The notes beneath the pieces were generated by a model. It had not been told where the DNA came from and did not search any database. It was given only the letters and a program-made list of their open reading frames with translations. The position numbers and the translations under genes are program-made. DNA of 64,000 nucleotides from Perkinsela sp. CCAP 1560/9. Lineage: Eukaryota > Protista > Euglenozoa: Kinetoplastea. The stretch is from NCBI GenBank assembly GCA_965644495.1, contig CBFFSA010000002.1, forward strand, positions 1,054,001-1,118,000, in the 5' to 3' direction. Position 1 is the stretch's first letter, and every line of letters starts with the position of its first letter. This document shows, in pieces, positions 34,075 through 46,322 of the stretch.

Positions 34075-34830
34075 TTAAAAATGCCATACGTTGGAATCAA
34101 AGACGTATCGTAAAGGCAAAAAGCACCGGTACGACCCGCGCTTGGGCAGTATCTTAATTTGAGTTCCCTCTACTTCGGGTGTGGAATGAAACCATATCGG
34201 ATCGTATTCACCACTTAAATTCTGATTGTGGTCCAACCTTAACGAGATAAGGCGGGAGAGATGCAAATCTACAGGGCCCGAGAAATGATTGTGGGACAAA
34301 TCCAAATAATACATGCCCTGTAGTGCCCCTAAATACAGACTTCCCGAGAGCATATTATGACTTAAGGTTACAACCTGAACATCGGGGGGCAGCATGCGTA
34401 GCGAGATGGGCCCATGCAACTTGCAGTGACCAAGACTGAGATGACCTAAGGACGGCGGCATTTCCTCCAAATTTAGAGTGCCATCAAAGTTGTTAAAGCT
34501 GCTTTCAAAATTCAGAATATTAATCGGTAACAAATGTAGATCGATTCCTCCCGTTAGCCTATTAAGATTAAGATTTAAATGAGTACACATTATACTTGAT
34601 AAATGTGTCCAAAGAGGAGTCCCGGTGAGAAACTGGTCAGACCATCCAATTGCATAAATTTCTCCTTTTTCATTACACTCAACCTTATCCCATTCGCAAG
34701 CGGGAGTATCCGTATTCCAAGAGGGATGATCGTTCTGTATGTCTTGTAAGAATTGGGCCAAATAGTATTCATCTGGTAGATTCGCCCGCGCTTTGCCGAC
34801 ACGGGGGTGTGGAAGTAACGGATCTGACAT
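34075..34830 (-). CDS. LRR family protein
   Basis: RVGKARANLPDEYYL, TPACEWDKVEC cap, LRRs. Confidence 0.85.
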   Translation of the reverse strand: MSDPLLPHPRVGKARANLPDEYYLAQFLQDIQNDHPSWNTDTPACEWDKVECNEKGEIYAIGWSDQFLTGTPLWTHLSSIMCTHLNLNLNRLTGGIDLHLLPINILNFESSFNNFDGTLNLEEMPPSLGHLSLGHCKLHGPISLRMLPPDVQVVTLSHNMLSGSLYLGALQGMYYLDLSHNHFSGPVDLHLSRLISLRLDHNQNLSGEYDPIWFHSTPEVEGTQIKILPKRGSYRCFLPLRYVFDSNVWHF

Positions 34831-35271
34831 GTGGATTAGTATACTAGTACGTAATATAAATTTCACTACAGTGATTGAAACGAACAGCAACTAATGAATC
34901 CGTATGTTATATTTGAGTAGATAAAATAAGTGTGCTGATCAATATCCAGAATACCAAACGTCTGTTTCGGTAATAATACCGTGTGAATGAATGAAAACAC
35001 ATATTCTGAATATGTTGTTCACTTCAATATGATAATCACTTCTTTTTGAGTCTTGAACAAAACGTGTTGCCTACGGACTACTCGTGTTGCACTACAAATT
35101 TTTGAATTATTTTTCAGTTCCTTTTTATCTCCACTCTTTGGTACAGTTTATCAAACTAAGTTTAATCTCCGACTTTCCTTCATTACTTTTCGGAGAGTGC
35201 GCGAAAACGGGAGGCACATCCCAATTCGTCACATTACACATAACCCATTATTAGTCGCGTAACCTAACTTC

Positions 35272-35514
35272 TCAAGTTACATTTATTCCCGTCTCAGAAG
35301 TAAACAAACCATGTCGAACAGAATCTGGTAATTGCGATTTCTTGACCTCTCCGTGAAGACCTGTATTGTTGCTCAAAACAAGAGTTTTCAGTCCGCAGGG
35401 CAGACGCGTCAATTCCACATGCCTCGAGAATGTATTCTCCTGCAAGCAAATACCTCCTATCGTCAACGGAAGCTGTGAAAGATCGAGCGCACCGGAAAAC
35501 GAATTATTCGCTAA
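35272..35514 (-). pseudogene. LRR C-terminal fragment downstream of the LINE tail
   Basis: LANNSFSGALDLSQLP..TGINVT*. Confidence 0.75.
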
Positions 35515-37680
35515 TTTTTGTTTATCATGCAGTATGACTGCAGAGATTGTCACCTAAGAAAATACACGTAAATCATGTATAAACCCCGCACAAAACGGGT
35601 TTCCCTTAAGCTTTTCATCATCGCTATATGCTGGCTTCCGTCCAGCTCGGGTTATCGCGGTTTTGAAAAATCGCGAAACTTCCTCGTATTGCTCTTTTGA
35701 CAAGCTTCTGTCGACATTGCGAGGCGGTGGCCTTGTTACCTCCGAAAAGTGAGTTGAGCGCTCGCGTAGAGGAGTTGAGCTTCCCTCTGGCCCCCACTTC
35801 GATGACAAGAAGAAAGGTTGCCGGGTTAGTCATTTTCCTTTCGAGAAACAGATTCCCGTACTTCCGCACTTTTCATGTGAGGATAAAAAGTTTTCCTCCC
35901 ACGGAGAAGTGAGCTCAAGTATGAACTCAGTACCATTATGTAGCTTGATCCACCCATCAAGTCTAAGGGCCGTGTCCTGTTGACTTAGCCATGTTGGGGG
36001 GTTTCGGTAAAGAGAAAGATCAAAGTGGTACTGCGCTGTTTCTGGGGATGCTCTTACGGCATCTGCGATAGCGTGGAGTATAAGATCATGGCGGAACGTG
36101 TAGCGGCCCTGTTCAAGGGCCACCTTGCACCCTGTGAGGACATGTCGAACTGTCTGCACCTCCTCATTGCAAATGGGACACTTTGTGTCCGTGTGCGTAC
36201 TTAGACCCCAACGACGCAGTGCTGAACGAGTAGGTAGTGGTGTTTGGGTCAACACAGATGCAGTAAACCGGGAGAGTGCCTCACTGTTGATGTTACATAC
36301 CGCAACAGCAAAGTCTTTCGCAAGTTCGTCCTCAGTGGCCATACGGAACCACTGTGCCGCTATGGGAGCCCGTCGTTGCAGGGATTCGGAAAGGTGTCGC
36401 TCGTATTCACTCTCAATGAACCGCCGTGTCGCCACACGGTCTTCTCGTCGGTCGTACAGTTCAACTACTGGTTGGACGTGTCCCGTTGAGCGCTTGTGCA
36501 GTTCCCTGCGGATGCGGTGTCTTAAAGCCTGTTGCACAGCCGGGTCACGTGATTTCTGCATTTGCTCGACCAGTGTACTCCTGCAGAGTATCCACAGCTT
36601 TGAGAAACTAGTTAAGGCCCACCCCCGCTCAGAATAGAGAAGTTCGCTGGTTGCAGTTTTGGCCATATTCACCCATTTCCGAATGTGTGTAGTCGCAAGC
36701 TTTTGCAGCCGCAGGATGAAATTCAGTGTGATTCCCGGATTTACCGTCAGAACGTAGCGTAGACGGGAAATAATGACGTTATTGTAGACCCAGAGGCGGG
36801 CGGGCGTATCCATGGCACTTTCAGATACGTTGGTAAGCCAGTGGCGTAGTTGTGTACGGAGACTCTTGAACAACACTTTCCCTTGTTGGGCTCCAGGCGC
36901 TAGCGTCATGCCCAGAAACTGACTGCCTTTGTCGCAAACGTGGGGTATGCTTTCGCCGCCGGCACGGATGTGCGGTCTGTGGGTTTTGTATCCTCCATCC
37001 GCTACAGCCATATACTGAAGCCGACATTTCTGTACATTTAGCCGCATGCCTAATCTGGCGAGCACCTTTACCAGGGCGTTAGTAACATGCTGCATTTCTT
37101 CGGGTGATTTGGTAATGACGGCAAGGTCGTCCGCAAACGCCTTAAGGAATGAATCTTGCCCGCCCCATGTGATGCCATATCCTGGAAAGCTGGATCGAAG
37201 GTACCTTAAAACTACCTCCATCGCAAGGTTGAATAGCACAGGAGATAGGGTGTCGCCTTGAAGAACGCCTCGTTCAACGGGAATGTGGTTAGTCAACCCC
37301 TCAGCACACTTGACTCGGAGAGAAGCACTGGTATAGAGGGAGTGAACATATTCGATGATAATCGGCGACACCTTTGCCCATTGTAATACTTGGAAGAGGA
37401 TCGAGTGTGGAAGAGAACCAAAGGCGTTTTTCAGGTCGAATTGACCCAAGCAGTATTGCCGTTTGTGCTGCCTCTGAAAATCCAGCAGTTTACAAAGCGC
37501 TTGCGTGTGTTCAATGGTTCCATTGACATTGGGGAGAAAGCCTTTTTGTATGGTCGTGTCGATGATCCCTGTGCTGTCAGCGTGACTCAGAAGTTTGTGT
37601 CCTATGATTGAGTGGAGTAGCTTCCCCAGACAGCTGGTCAGGCTGATAGGGCGCCAGTTCGACAGTTTATCACACAAATT
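35515..37680 (-). mobile_element. HERO/NeSL-like RLE non-LTR retrotransposon, 5'-truncated
   Basis: RT motifs WRPISL, QKGF, DLKNAFGS, GVLQGDTLSP, FADD; CCHC KCPIC..HVLTGC; RHD, LELTSPWEEN, EVGARG. One frameshift near 35870; hairpin tail. Confidence 0.9.
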
Positions 37681-37702
37681 CCGTTTTTTGCTCTATTTTT
37701 CA

Positions 37703-38055
37703 TAAAGGGGGGGTTCGTCAATTATTAACAAACTTGTTTGTTAATAATAGACGATTTGTTAATAATAGATGAAATAATACCCACCTTTTCAATAATAGAT
37801 CAACTTTTCATCTATTATTAACAATCGACCTTTCAGGCTTGTTTTAGGCTTGTTTCCTACCCTTTCCCCACGAATAACACCACTTTTACGAAAAAACGCT
37901 CCGTGAAAGTTGGTTTTAGCGAATTTTCCTTTAAGGAAGCTGCGAAAAGTGAAGGAAATTAATTCTTGTTCATAATAGATGAATGTTAATAATAGATGAA
38001 ATAATACCATTGTTAATAATAGATGGTTGTTAATAATAGACGAACCCCCCCTTTA
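37703..38055. mobile_element. MITE with GGGGGGTTCGTC termini and internal TTAATAATAGA repeats
   Basis: Inverted ends. Lies at the truncated LINE 5' end. Confidence 0.65.
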
Positions 38056-38985
38056 GGTAAAAAGATGTCATTTTTTTTGGTCAACTTTCGGGTCACCGAG
38101 GGGGCACCAGGGGGTCTCTATAAAAAAAAGGCGGCAAAGCTCTTTGCTAGGGGAACGAGATATCTCCAATGCTGCAAAGATGAGTTAAAAAAAGTCAAAA
38201 TTCCGAGGGGGGACAGGATCAACTGAAACCACTGTATACCGTTCTACCCTCAATTATTGAAAAAAAGGGAACAAAAAGTACGGTACCCCACTCGTTATCT
38301 GTTACACCACCCCCTGGTTATCTTTCACTTTTTGGCTTTTCGATTGCAGTTACAACAGATTGCAGTTATTGATTTTCGATTGCAGTTACAGTTGTAAATA
38401 TGGGGTGGGGTCTAAAATACATGTATGTAAAACGTTTTTACATATTTTGGAAAATAATAGCCCATTCGAGAGCTCTCACATAGCCCTTTTGTGGAATCTA
38501 TATCGTTTCTCGTGCTTTTACACACAACGCATTTTAGAGTAATGTTTTTGCATATTTTTGCAACTTTCTAGAAAAACTTGACGTTTTTAACTCACTTCAA
38601 GCTCTAACTGATCTCGTTAGCCTCATCGTCCCCTTCATTGCCTCCAACACTATCGTCTGTGCGGTCTTCTTCCAAGTAATGGGTTTACAAAGGGAAAAAA
38701 ACCAGGGCGACGTAAAGAAGTAGTGGAAAAACCCAGTAAAACTTTATAATTATTTACAAACTAAACATGATTCATCGCTAAACGTGATTCATCGCTTTGG
38801 TGAAACGTTTCACCACATCTATCTTGTAAATTCTCGTTTATTTATCTCGTTTTTTTGTATAAAGATGAAAAGTTTTGGAAAGATTTTGGGAAAATAAATC
38901 AGAAAAATTTTATTCCGCTAATTGTTATTCTGTTGATAAAAACTTCGACGGTAAATCAGCATGTAAATTATTCAGTCTAGCATAC

Positions 38986-39669
38986 CTACCGGATTGTGAG
39001 TTTTGTACCACTGATATTAATCTCAGTCCCAGTCGCAGGAAAACTAGATTTCTCAAGAACACCCTGCAGCTCAGGATTATTTCGAAGCTGGAGGAATACC
39101 ATACTCAGGGGAAGGCTATGGAACCGAACTATAGCATTAAATTTATTGTCGTTGCAGTATAACTTTGCCAATGTTAATGGTAAATGACGAAAATCTAGAC
39201 ACCCTGTAAACTGATTGTTTCCTAAGTTGAGATATTTCATAGTCTGTGGCAAGCAATCAAACACTACGTTTCCCGAAAGCATGTTTTTATTGAGATAAAG
39301 GAGTGTTAAGCCATGCGGAAGACGAGTTAAGTCCACACTTCCATGTGCTCGATTTATAGAAACATCAAGGGTCTCCAAGGATTGCGGCAAATGTTGCAAA
39401 TGAAGCCTACCGGAAAAACCGTTGCCGCAAAGAGACCTTGTTCTTAGATGTGGCGGCAATGTTGTTCTCCGACTCCAACGAATCTTGGAGATGTGTATGC
39501 CATCGGTGCAGACAACTCCTTTCCACTTGCACGCAGGGGTAGAGGTGTTCCATGAGGGAAGCGGATTTTCAATATCCTTGATCAATTGTGCCAGTTCGAA
39601 TTCCTGTGGCAAGTTTCCTCTTACCTTTGCGGCACGTGAATATGACAAATTCGGAACTGTATCGTCCAT
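38986..39669 (-). CDS. LRR family protein
   Basis: Close paralog of 4606-5307 and 6165-7229. Confidence 0.85.
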   Translation of the reverse strand: MDDTVPNLSYSRAAKVRGNLPQEFELAQLIKDIENPLPSWNTSTPACKWKGVVCTDGIHISKIRWSRRTTLPPHLRTRSLCGNGFSGRLHLQHLPQSLETLDVSINRAHGSVDLTRLPHGLTLLYLNKNMLSGNVVFDCLPQTMKYLNLGNNQFTGCLDFRHLPLTLAKLYCNDNKFNAIVRFHSLPLSMVFLQLRNNPELQGVLEKSSFPATGTEINISGTKLTIR

Positions 39670-40191
39670 CTGCAGAAAATGCTTTTTTTAAAAAATTCAA
39701 ATCAAGTGGTCGTCTGTATGCAATGGTGCACTATAGTGGCACACTATTGAAGTTATTGTAATAGGTTTCGCGAGGTTTCACCGAGGTCTCACCTGCATGT
39801 AAACGGTGTTACATGATAACATACCCCCGGCATGTATCCTGTTACAGGTATGTTAACTTTCATGCCACCAATCTCATATTGATAAAAAAATTGATAAGAA
39901 TCAACAGCACGATACATAAACAAAGTAGCCACTCATATTAATATGAGGCCTTAATTATTTATAAGGACCAAATTGCGTTTATTTTGTTCATTTTTTGGCT
40001 TCTCAGGAGTAATCATCGAGATCCCGCCATAAAAAAGGTATGCTTATCGCACTACGAGAACAAAAATCACGAAAAAGCGATAAAGAAACGCACTTTTTTA
40101 GAGGGAAGAAACGTTTGGCCCGCACTATACAGGGCTATACTACTGACATAGTATAGCGCCACTATATGATATAATATGAGAATTAACAGAA

Positions 40192-40785
40192 TCAAAGCTC
40201 TTGAATCTGTGTACCTGTAATAAAAACGCAAAAAGTAATTTGCAGGTTGTGTGGCAGATCCGACCGTACAAGATCACCTCTAAGTCTAGCATTCCACTTT
40301 AGGTCAAGATACGTCAAGTCCTTAGGGAGGGAAGCGAAATCTACCACCCCTTCAAAGTCGTTGTCATTCACACAAAATTCGCTCAACATGGATGGAAGCC
40401 TATGAAAAGTTTGCTCGCCGTAAAACTTATTATTCCCAATTCGAAACTTTACTAATCCTTGAGGGAGTTCGTCTAATGGAATAAGACCCGTAAGCTCGTT
40501 CCACGAGAGATTTAAATCCGCGAGGGTAGGCGGCAGACATCTCCATTGAAGAGTGCCAAGAAGTCCTTTATTGCGCCAATAAATACCAGCGACTTTGGAA
40601 TCCTCAACACAAACAACACCTTGCCACTCACACACAACTGTGTTAGTCTCCCAACTGGGATGAGGATTACGGATCTTCTCTATGAGCTGCGCAAAGAGAT
40701 ATTCCTGCGGTAGGGACGCACGAACTCTGCCCAAACGGGAGGCCGTGTATTTTGTGTCGGATGAAAAAAACTTTGTAAGGAACAT
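40192..40785 (-). CDS. LRR family protein
   Basis: RLGRVRASLPQEY motif, Cys cap, LRRs. Confidence 0.85.
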   Translation of the reverse strand: MFLTKFFSSDTKYTASRLGRVRASLPQEYLFAQLIEKIRNPHPSWETNTVVCEWQGVVCVEDSKVAGIYWRNKGLLGTLQWRCLPPTLADLNLSWNELTGLIPLDELPQGLVKFRIGNNKFYGEQTFHRLPSMLSEFCVNDNDFEGVVDFASLPKDLTYLDLKWNARLRGDLVRSDLPHNLQITFCVFITGTQIQEL

Positions 40786-41634
40786 GTAGAAAACAAGAAA
40801 ACGTTAATAAAGACTTTAGTAGAACCTTTTTAGTACTTTATTGAGGGAGTTACGGCATCCAACTCGCTTACTAAGGTTAATTCGGCGAGATTAAGTGGCT
40901 CCCGAAACTCACATGGTGTACTCAGCTACCCGATGCTACCCAGTGTTACATAGTGCTACTCTGTGTTATCCAGTGGTACTCGGTGTTACCCAGCACTACC
41001 CAGAGGATCCCCTTGGATGAGGGTGGAAGGCAGTGAGGAAGACCCCTCCTGGACAAATACGGTTTTAAAAGTGATTTCCGATAAAAAAATCTCAGTGCTT
41101 TTTGAGCGAAAATACGCAAAAATGACCCCATTTTCACGCGAAAATCGGCATTTTTTGAAATCCCTGATTTTTCCCACCGAAAACTGCCCATCCTAAAACA
41201 TGCAACGTTGCGAGAGCTCTTGAAAGCGCTATTATTTTCCAAAATTGGACCGTTTTACGATTTTTAGACCCCCGCACCATGGAATTTTTACTCTTGTATG
41301 TTGTTTCGCACCTCCCTCGCCCCTTTGTGCCTGGATTAATATCAGGAAAAAAAGTTCAGGATTACACAAAGAAGGAGAAATGAAAAGCAAAAAAGGAACA
41401 TCAGTTCACTTTTCAATAGCACAGGATCGGAAGAAAAAATCGTCAAAAAAGCAGGTTACTAGTCAGGATACAAAAAACACCTATGCTACACCCTTTTGTA
41501 TTCGTACCCGACGGCAATATTTTACTTTACCCATAGTGAATACACCGTAGCGTCCCACCTCGTACGGATCCTACTCCGTCACAAAGCGCGCGCAACGCAC
41601 GTTTCCGACCCCCGCCCCCGCCCCCTCCCCCCTC

Positions 41635-42480
41635 TCACCTCACAAACCCAAACCTCATACACCCCCCCCTCACCCTCTGCATCACCCCCACCCCCCTCTC
41701 CCCACACTGCCGCACCACCTCCCGCGTCGCCCCCCCCTCCGTGGCCACCACCAACCAGGGGCGGTCCCTGCACAGGGCAAACATGGCCTCATACCGCCCC
41801 GCGGCCCCCCTGTTGTCCTTGTGCACCTTCGTGGTCCAGAACTTGATGAAGTCCACGTACTGGTGGGGGAGACACAGGGCCTGGACCCCCGCGAGCCCCC
41901 CCGTGCCGCCGAGGAGCCCCATCACGAAGGCCACGGCCCTGTGGTGGGGGGAGGTGAGGATGCCGTCGAAGTGGATCGCGTTGTGCTGGGTGTACCCGAA
42001 CGGGTTGGTGGCGTTGTACTCCCGTAGGGTGTCCATCTCTTTGGAGCGTAGAAGGAACTTGCACTCGACCGGGTCGTAGCGGTCGGAGAGGGTGAAGGGG
42101 GAGTGGGGGAGGGCGCAGAGGGAGAGGACGGCCTCGAAGGCGCGGGTGGTGCGGGTGCGTCGGGGGTAGAGTTGGTAGGTGGGAGGGTCGGAGGGGGGGA
42201 GGGGGTGGATGGATTGGAGATGGGTGAAGGAGGTGACGTGGAGGTCGTGGAGGGTGGGGTCCGGGGAGGTGATGGGGGGAGGGGAGGGATTTTCTGGGTT
42301 GTTGTTGTTGTTGTTGTTGAGATTGTGATGATAGTTGCCGTTTTTTTGGAGTAGAATCATACCACTGGCTTCGAAAGCGGAGAAGGAGCGTTCATGGACA
42401 CGTTGGGGGTAGAGTCGGAGGTTCGCGTCAATGAGTTGGAGTTCTAAGGCAGCGAGACAGGGTCCGGGACCGCCAGCCAT
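41635..42480 (-). CDS. Hypothetical protein
   Basis: GC-rich ORF on the cluster strand, composition like the housekeeping genes. Confidence 0.65.
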   Translation of the reverse strand: MAGGPGPCLAALELQLIDANLRLYPQRVHERSFSAFEASGMILLQKNGNYHHNLNNNNNNNPENPSPPPITSPDPTLHDLHVTSFTHLQSIHPLPPSDPPTYQLYPRRTRTTRAFEAVLSLCALPHSPFTLSDRYDPVECKFLLRSKEMDTLREYNATNPFGYTQHNAIHFDGILTSPHHRAVAFVMGLLGGTGGLAGVQALCLPHQYVDFIKFWTTKVHKDNRGAAGRYEAMFALCRDRPWLVVATEGGATREVVRQCGERGVGVMQRVRGGCMRFGFVR

Positions 42481-43141
42481 GGGGAAGGGAAAGGGAAGGG
42501 AGACTAAAAGAGGCGGGAAAAAGGGATTGAATTTTAGTGTATTGAAAAAACGTTATGTTGAAAACATACCTTTGAATGAATGCGTACTACTGCACTGTAC
42601 GCTACATTTTGCGTGTTTAATGTATTTTTTGGACAAAGGTTCAATTTACTCATAACATGCTGCTTAGCATACAAAGAGAATAATAAAAAGTTTCGAGAAC
42701 GTCTCTGTTTGCACTTGATTGAATACCATATCCAGTGCACCAAATATCTATTTTTAGAAATTCACTGCTAGTTTTATTCTACTACAATCCTATTTCTAAA
42801 CCACTGTCCAGTTTAAGGTGCCCATGACCAGTTACTGTGTCGGGGGGACACAGTGAGTAATTAGCGCACTATGCCCGATCTTCCCACCGCACTTTCAAAC
42901 TCCCGTATCAGAAAGTTTATCGTCGAGGTAGATGTTGGTGACACGATTGCAGTTCTCTGGTCTTCGGATAAGGTGCCCCGAGGGGAAATGTGGAAGGGAG
43001 TCGTTAAGACATACCTACGTGGTAAATGAACCAATAAACTATGGTTTATTTACCGTTAACCACTTAATACTCTATCATTTCTTCACAATATTTTCACATT
43101 ACAACACACACGGATTGTTTTTACCCTTCTTTCCTTTCCTA

Positions 43142-44300
43142 TGGCTAGAAAGAGAAAACAATAATATACACCTGGTGAGCTTGAAGCCCCAGTTTCAAGT
43201 ACCCGTAATGAGGAAACACCTGTCACTGAATTATCACGACTGTCGACTCGGAAGGACCGACGTGATGCAGACAGTAGACTCGAAGAAGTTTTAGCAGCGT
43301 CGCCGACTCCAGCAGCTGCTCATGCAGCAACAGAGCTTCTGAGAAGTCGAAGTAGACCCAAAGAAGGTCCAAAACAGCGAATTCGTCGAGGCCACTCTCT
43401 CCTGACCAGCCCAACGGTCCTTGCCAACTCGCAAGACGAACTATGCTCCATGAAAAATGCCGAGTGCATGGCAAAAAAACACGATCATAGTGATGTTTCA
43501 ATGCGAGACCAAATGCAGCAGCACGTGCACTTGAAGTGCAAGAAATGTGGACACACTTCTCACACATCAACGCAATCTGCGCTGACAACCCACACAAAAG
43601 TATGTAGTGCTCTGGACGCTCGTGTGCCGTCAGAAACGCCCGATGTAGGTACCGAAATTACGGCCTCCCAGTTTGCGCATACGATTTTCCCCCAATTAAT
43701 TTCTACAACTCCTATCCCTCTCTCTGTCTGTATTCGTTAATTCCGCAAGTACGAGGAGGCGCGTCCCGAGGTTTCAAAGGCAAAAATGATAAATGTTTTC
43801 CCCAAGGACGTGCGCACTATTCAACATGACGTGAGAATTCTTGCACATTGTGTGTGGGTAAACATTCGCGAGACCATAGACGATCACGAGATATTTGGGC
43901 TTGCGATTGATGCTGGAATCGACTCCGTGCTGCACGAACATGTCTTGGTTGCTGTTATTTATGTGGGGTCGCACCGGTGGCTGACTCCACCAATGTATCA
44001 TCCAAAGTTTGGCGCCTTTAATGGGAAAGACACGGCAGAGATACTTGTTTCAGAGCTTCAGCGATGTCTTCAAAGGACTAGAATAGCGAAGCTTGCGTAC
44101 CTGGTTGCTGATGGATGCGCCGTTAATCACATAGCTAGAAAAGAAGCACATGACGCATTGAGACAGGCGTTTGAAAGCATTACCCCGCTGGGCGATTCTG
44201 ACTGGAACGCCTTTTATGCCAGCTTTATAATGACGCAGCCTCAGATTGTGCTCCTTCCTTGTGTAGGTCACTTACTCAACAATATTGCCAAGGATAAGTT
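43142..44300 (+). mobile_element. Disrupted hAT-like transposase
   Basis: CKKC..H finger, LAIDAGID, LVADGCAVN, LPCVGHLLN (CxxH). Confidence 0.65.
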
Positions 44301-44792
44301 GCGAGTCACAATATGTGGTAATATTGCGGTAATATTCGTACGTCCAGAGCTCCGATTTATGGTATTTCTTCTCCGTATCTGAGATATTTTTCTCTGGTTT
44401 TTTCTCAGCATTCAACAAGTGAAATACTTTTTTCGTCCACAGCAACGGTTTATTGTACTATTATGCACTATGTATTGACGTCGGAACTGGGTTCTGTGGT
44501 TTAAACCAGTGTCGTGTAAGTCCTTGAAGTTGTCCTCCAAGTATCTCTGTCAATTCAGAATAATGATGAAAATAGCCACGTTTAGTATTTTTTTTGTTAC
44601 ACTACAGTCTATTAGATTTTATTCGTATATTCGTGTTTCTTTTCTTACATCATAAACCAATGAAAAATATGTGAGGAAGCATTTATGCGCGGAATGCGAG
44701 ATCTCGACTCCTTCCACTCCTCAACTCACTTTTTCGCCCCCTCGACTCAAATTTCGCTCAGGATAAGCATCCTTTCACCTCTACTAATTAAA

Positions 44793-44950
44793 CTATGCAT
44801 GTTATTCTCAACTCCTGATGCGAGTCCTGTATGCATGCGGTACGCGAGTCCTGTATGCATGTTATTCTCAGCTCCTGATGCGAGTCATAATATTCTTTTA
44901 TGGCATGTGCGCATGTTATTCTCGGCTCCTGATGCGAGTCATAATATTGT
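44793..44950. repeat. Three imperfect tandem copies of GCATGTTATTCTCRRCTCCTGATGCGAGTC
   Basis: Seen directly. Confidence 0.8.
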
Positions 44951-46322
44951 TTTATGGTATACCTTCCAACGTAGCTATTCAAATCATGTAATATTGTTAT
45001 TATCATACATCGTTTAGCGGCGAACCAACATGGTTTACCGCTCAGTGAAATGGTTTATTTGGTGGTTTATTGGTTAGTTTACCACATGTTAAGAAGGTGC
45101 AAAAGAAAAGATGTCTATGATATTCGACTACGGAAAGTTCGGCGAGCTCACTCTTCCTCCGACGAACGTAACGGTTCATTGCCTAGAGAAGTTACCTTTC
45201 GACTCCTATTCAAGTGCTATGGAGCGGGTGGAAGGTAGGGAGAAGGGAACATTCGAGCCCCTAGAGCTGAGAACAAACGGTATTTTTATCAAGGGCCCGG
45301 TGGGCGCGCGGGATCGTAGTTTCCTAGAATTTGACGCTCATCTTTGCCGCTGCTTTGGGGTAGGGGCGTCCGAGAGGAATGCCCCCCGGTACCATCAAGA
45401 CGAACACAGGAAGAACGATCTGCTGTTAGCATTTCTGGATTGGATTCGGAACTCCATGAAAATGGGTGTCCTGTGGAAATCCGAAGGAAATTTGGCAGTC
45501 GGCGACAACATCCCTGCGGCATTAGTGGCATACACCCCTTAAAGGATAACACTCCCCCCCCCCCTTCGTTTTTGCGTCGTGCAAGCTTTTAACCTAATTC
45601 CTTCGGCATTCGATAGATCTCGAAATTTGTCGTATGTTTGCCGAAGGAATCAGCGTGAAAAAACTCAAGAGAAAGAAAAGAGATTAAAAATACTGGTCGA
45701 AAATCGCCATTTTGACGAAGCACCATACTATTTCCTAAAAAAATAAGTTTATGCCCGATATTCATCCTTTTAACCAATGACAAAACATTTCTCTCGGCCT
45801 CGGAACCTTCACTATGGACCTATTACTTATGATATGCGTGTAAAAATTGTTATGGAGTGCAATAAGTTACTGTTCATCAGCAAAGTGGCAAAAATACTAA
45901 AAAATGACAAAAAAACTGTGTGAAAATAAGTGAAAAATTACGAAAATATAGATTCTGTAGAAAACGTGTGTAAGATAGTGTAAGGATCACACAGGTTACT
46001 AAATTGACGGTTTCGATGCACTTTAGAGTTTCTTTCATGAAAAAATTGTCAATTTTTGGAGAAAAAATTGTCAAAAATCCATGTAATATTTTTTTTTGAC
46101 CCCAACCCGGCGTTTGGTTTTATGCGAACTAAACTGAGCTAAAAATAGTGGGAAACGCTCTACTTTTTTATTCTGCACATTCTTAAAAAAAGATGAGCTC
46201 TCAACTCCACCTGTACGAAAATTAAGGGGGGGACTGCTATCCTTTGAGGGGTGTATACGATTCGATATCAACATGGGGACTGCCGCGTATTTGCACAAGC
46301 GCTTGAGGAAATTCGGAAGAAA

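Larger units (their letters stand above)
32717..38234. mobile_element. 5.5-kb TIR-bounded composite element (CAGTGGTTTCA ends, TA flanks) containing LRR cargo
   Basis: ~150-nt inverted termini. The two flanks rejoin into the repeat seen intact at 5414-5470. Short MITE form at 60116-60490. Confidence 0.65.

Noticed and set aside
42120-42180. Brr2 N-terminus similarity (LYPRRTRTTRAFEAVLS)
   Set aside because: Short match only; the ORF has no helicase domain.
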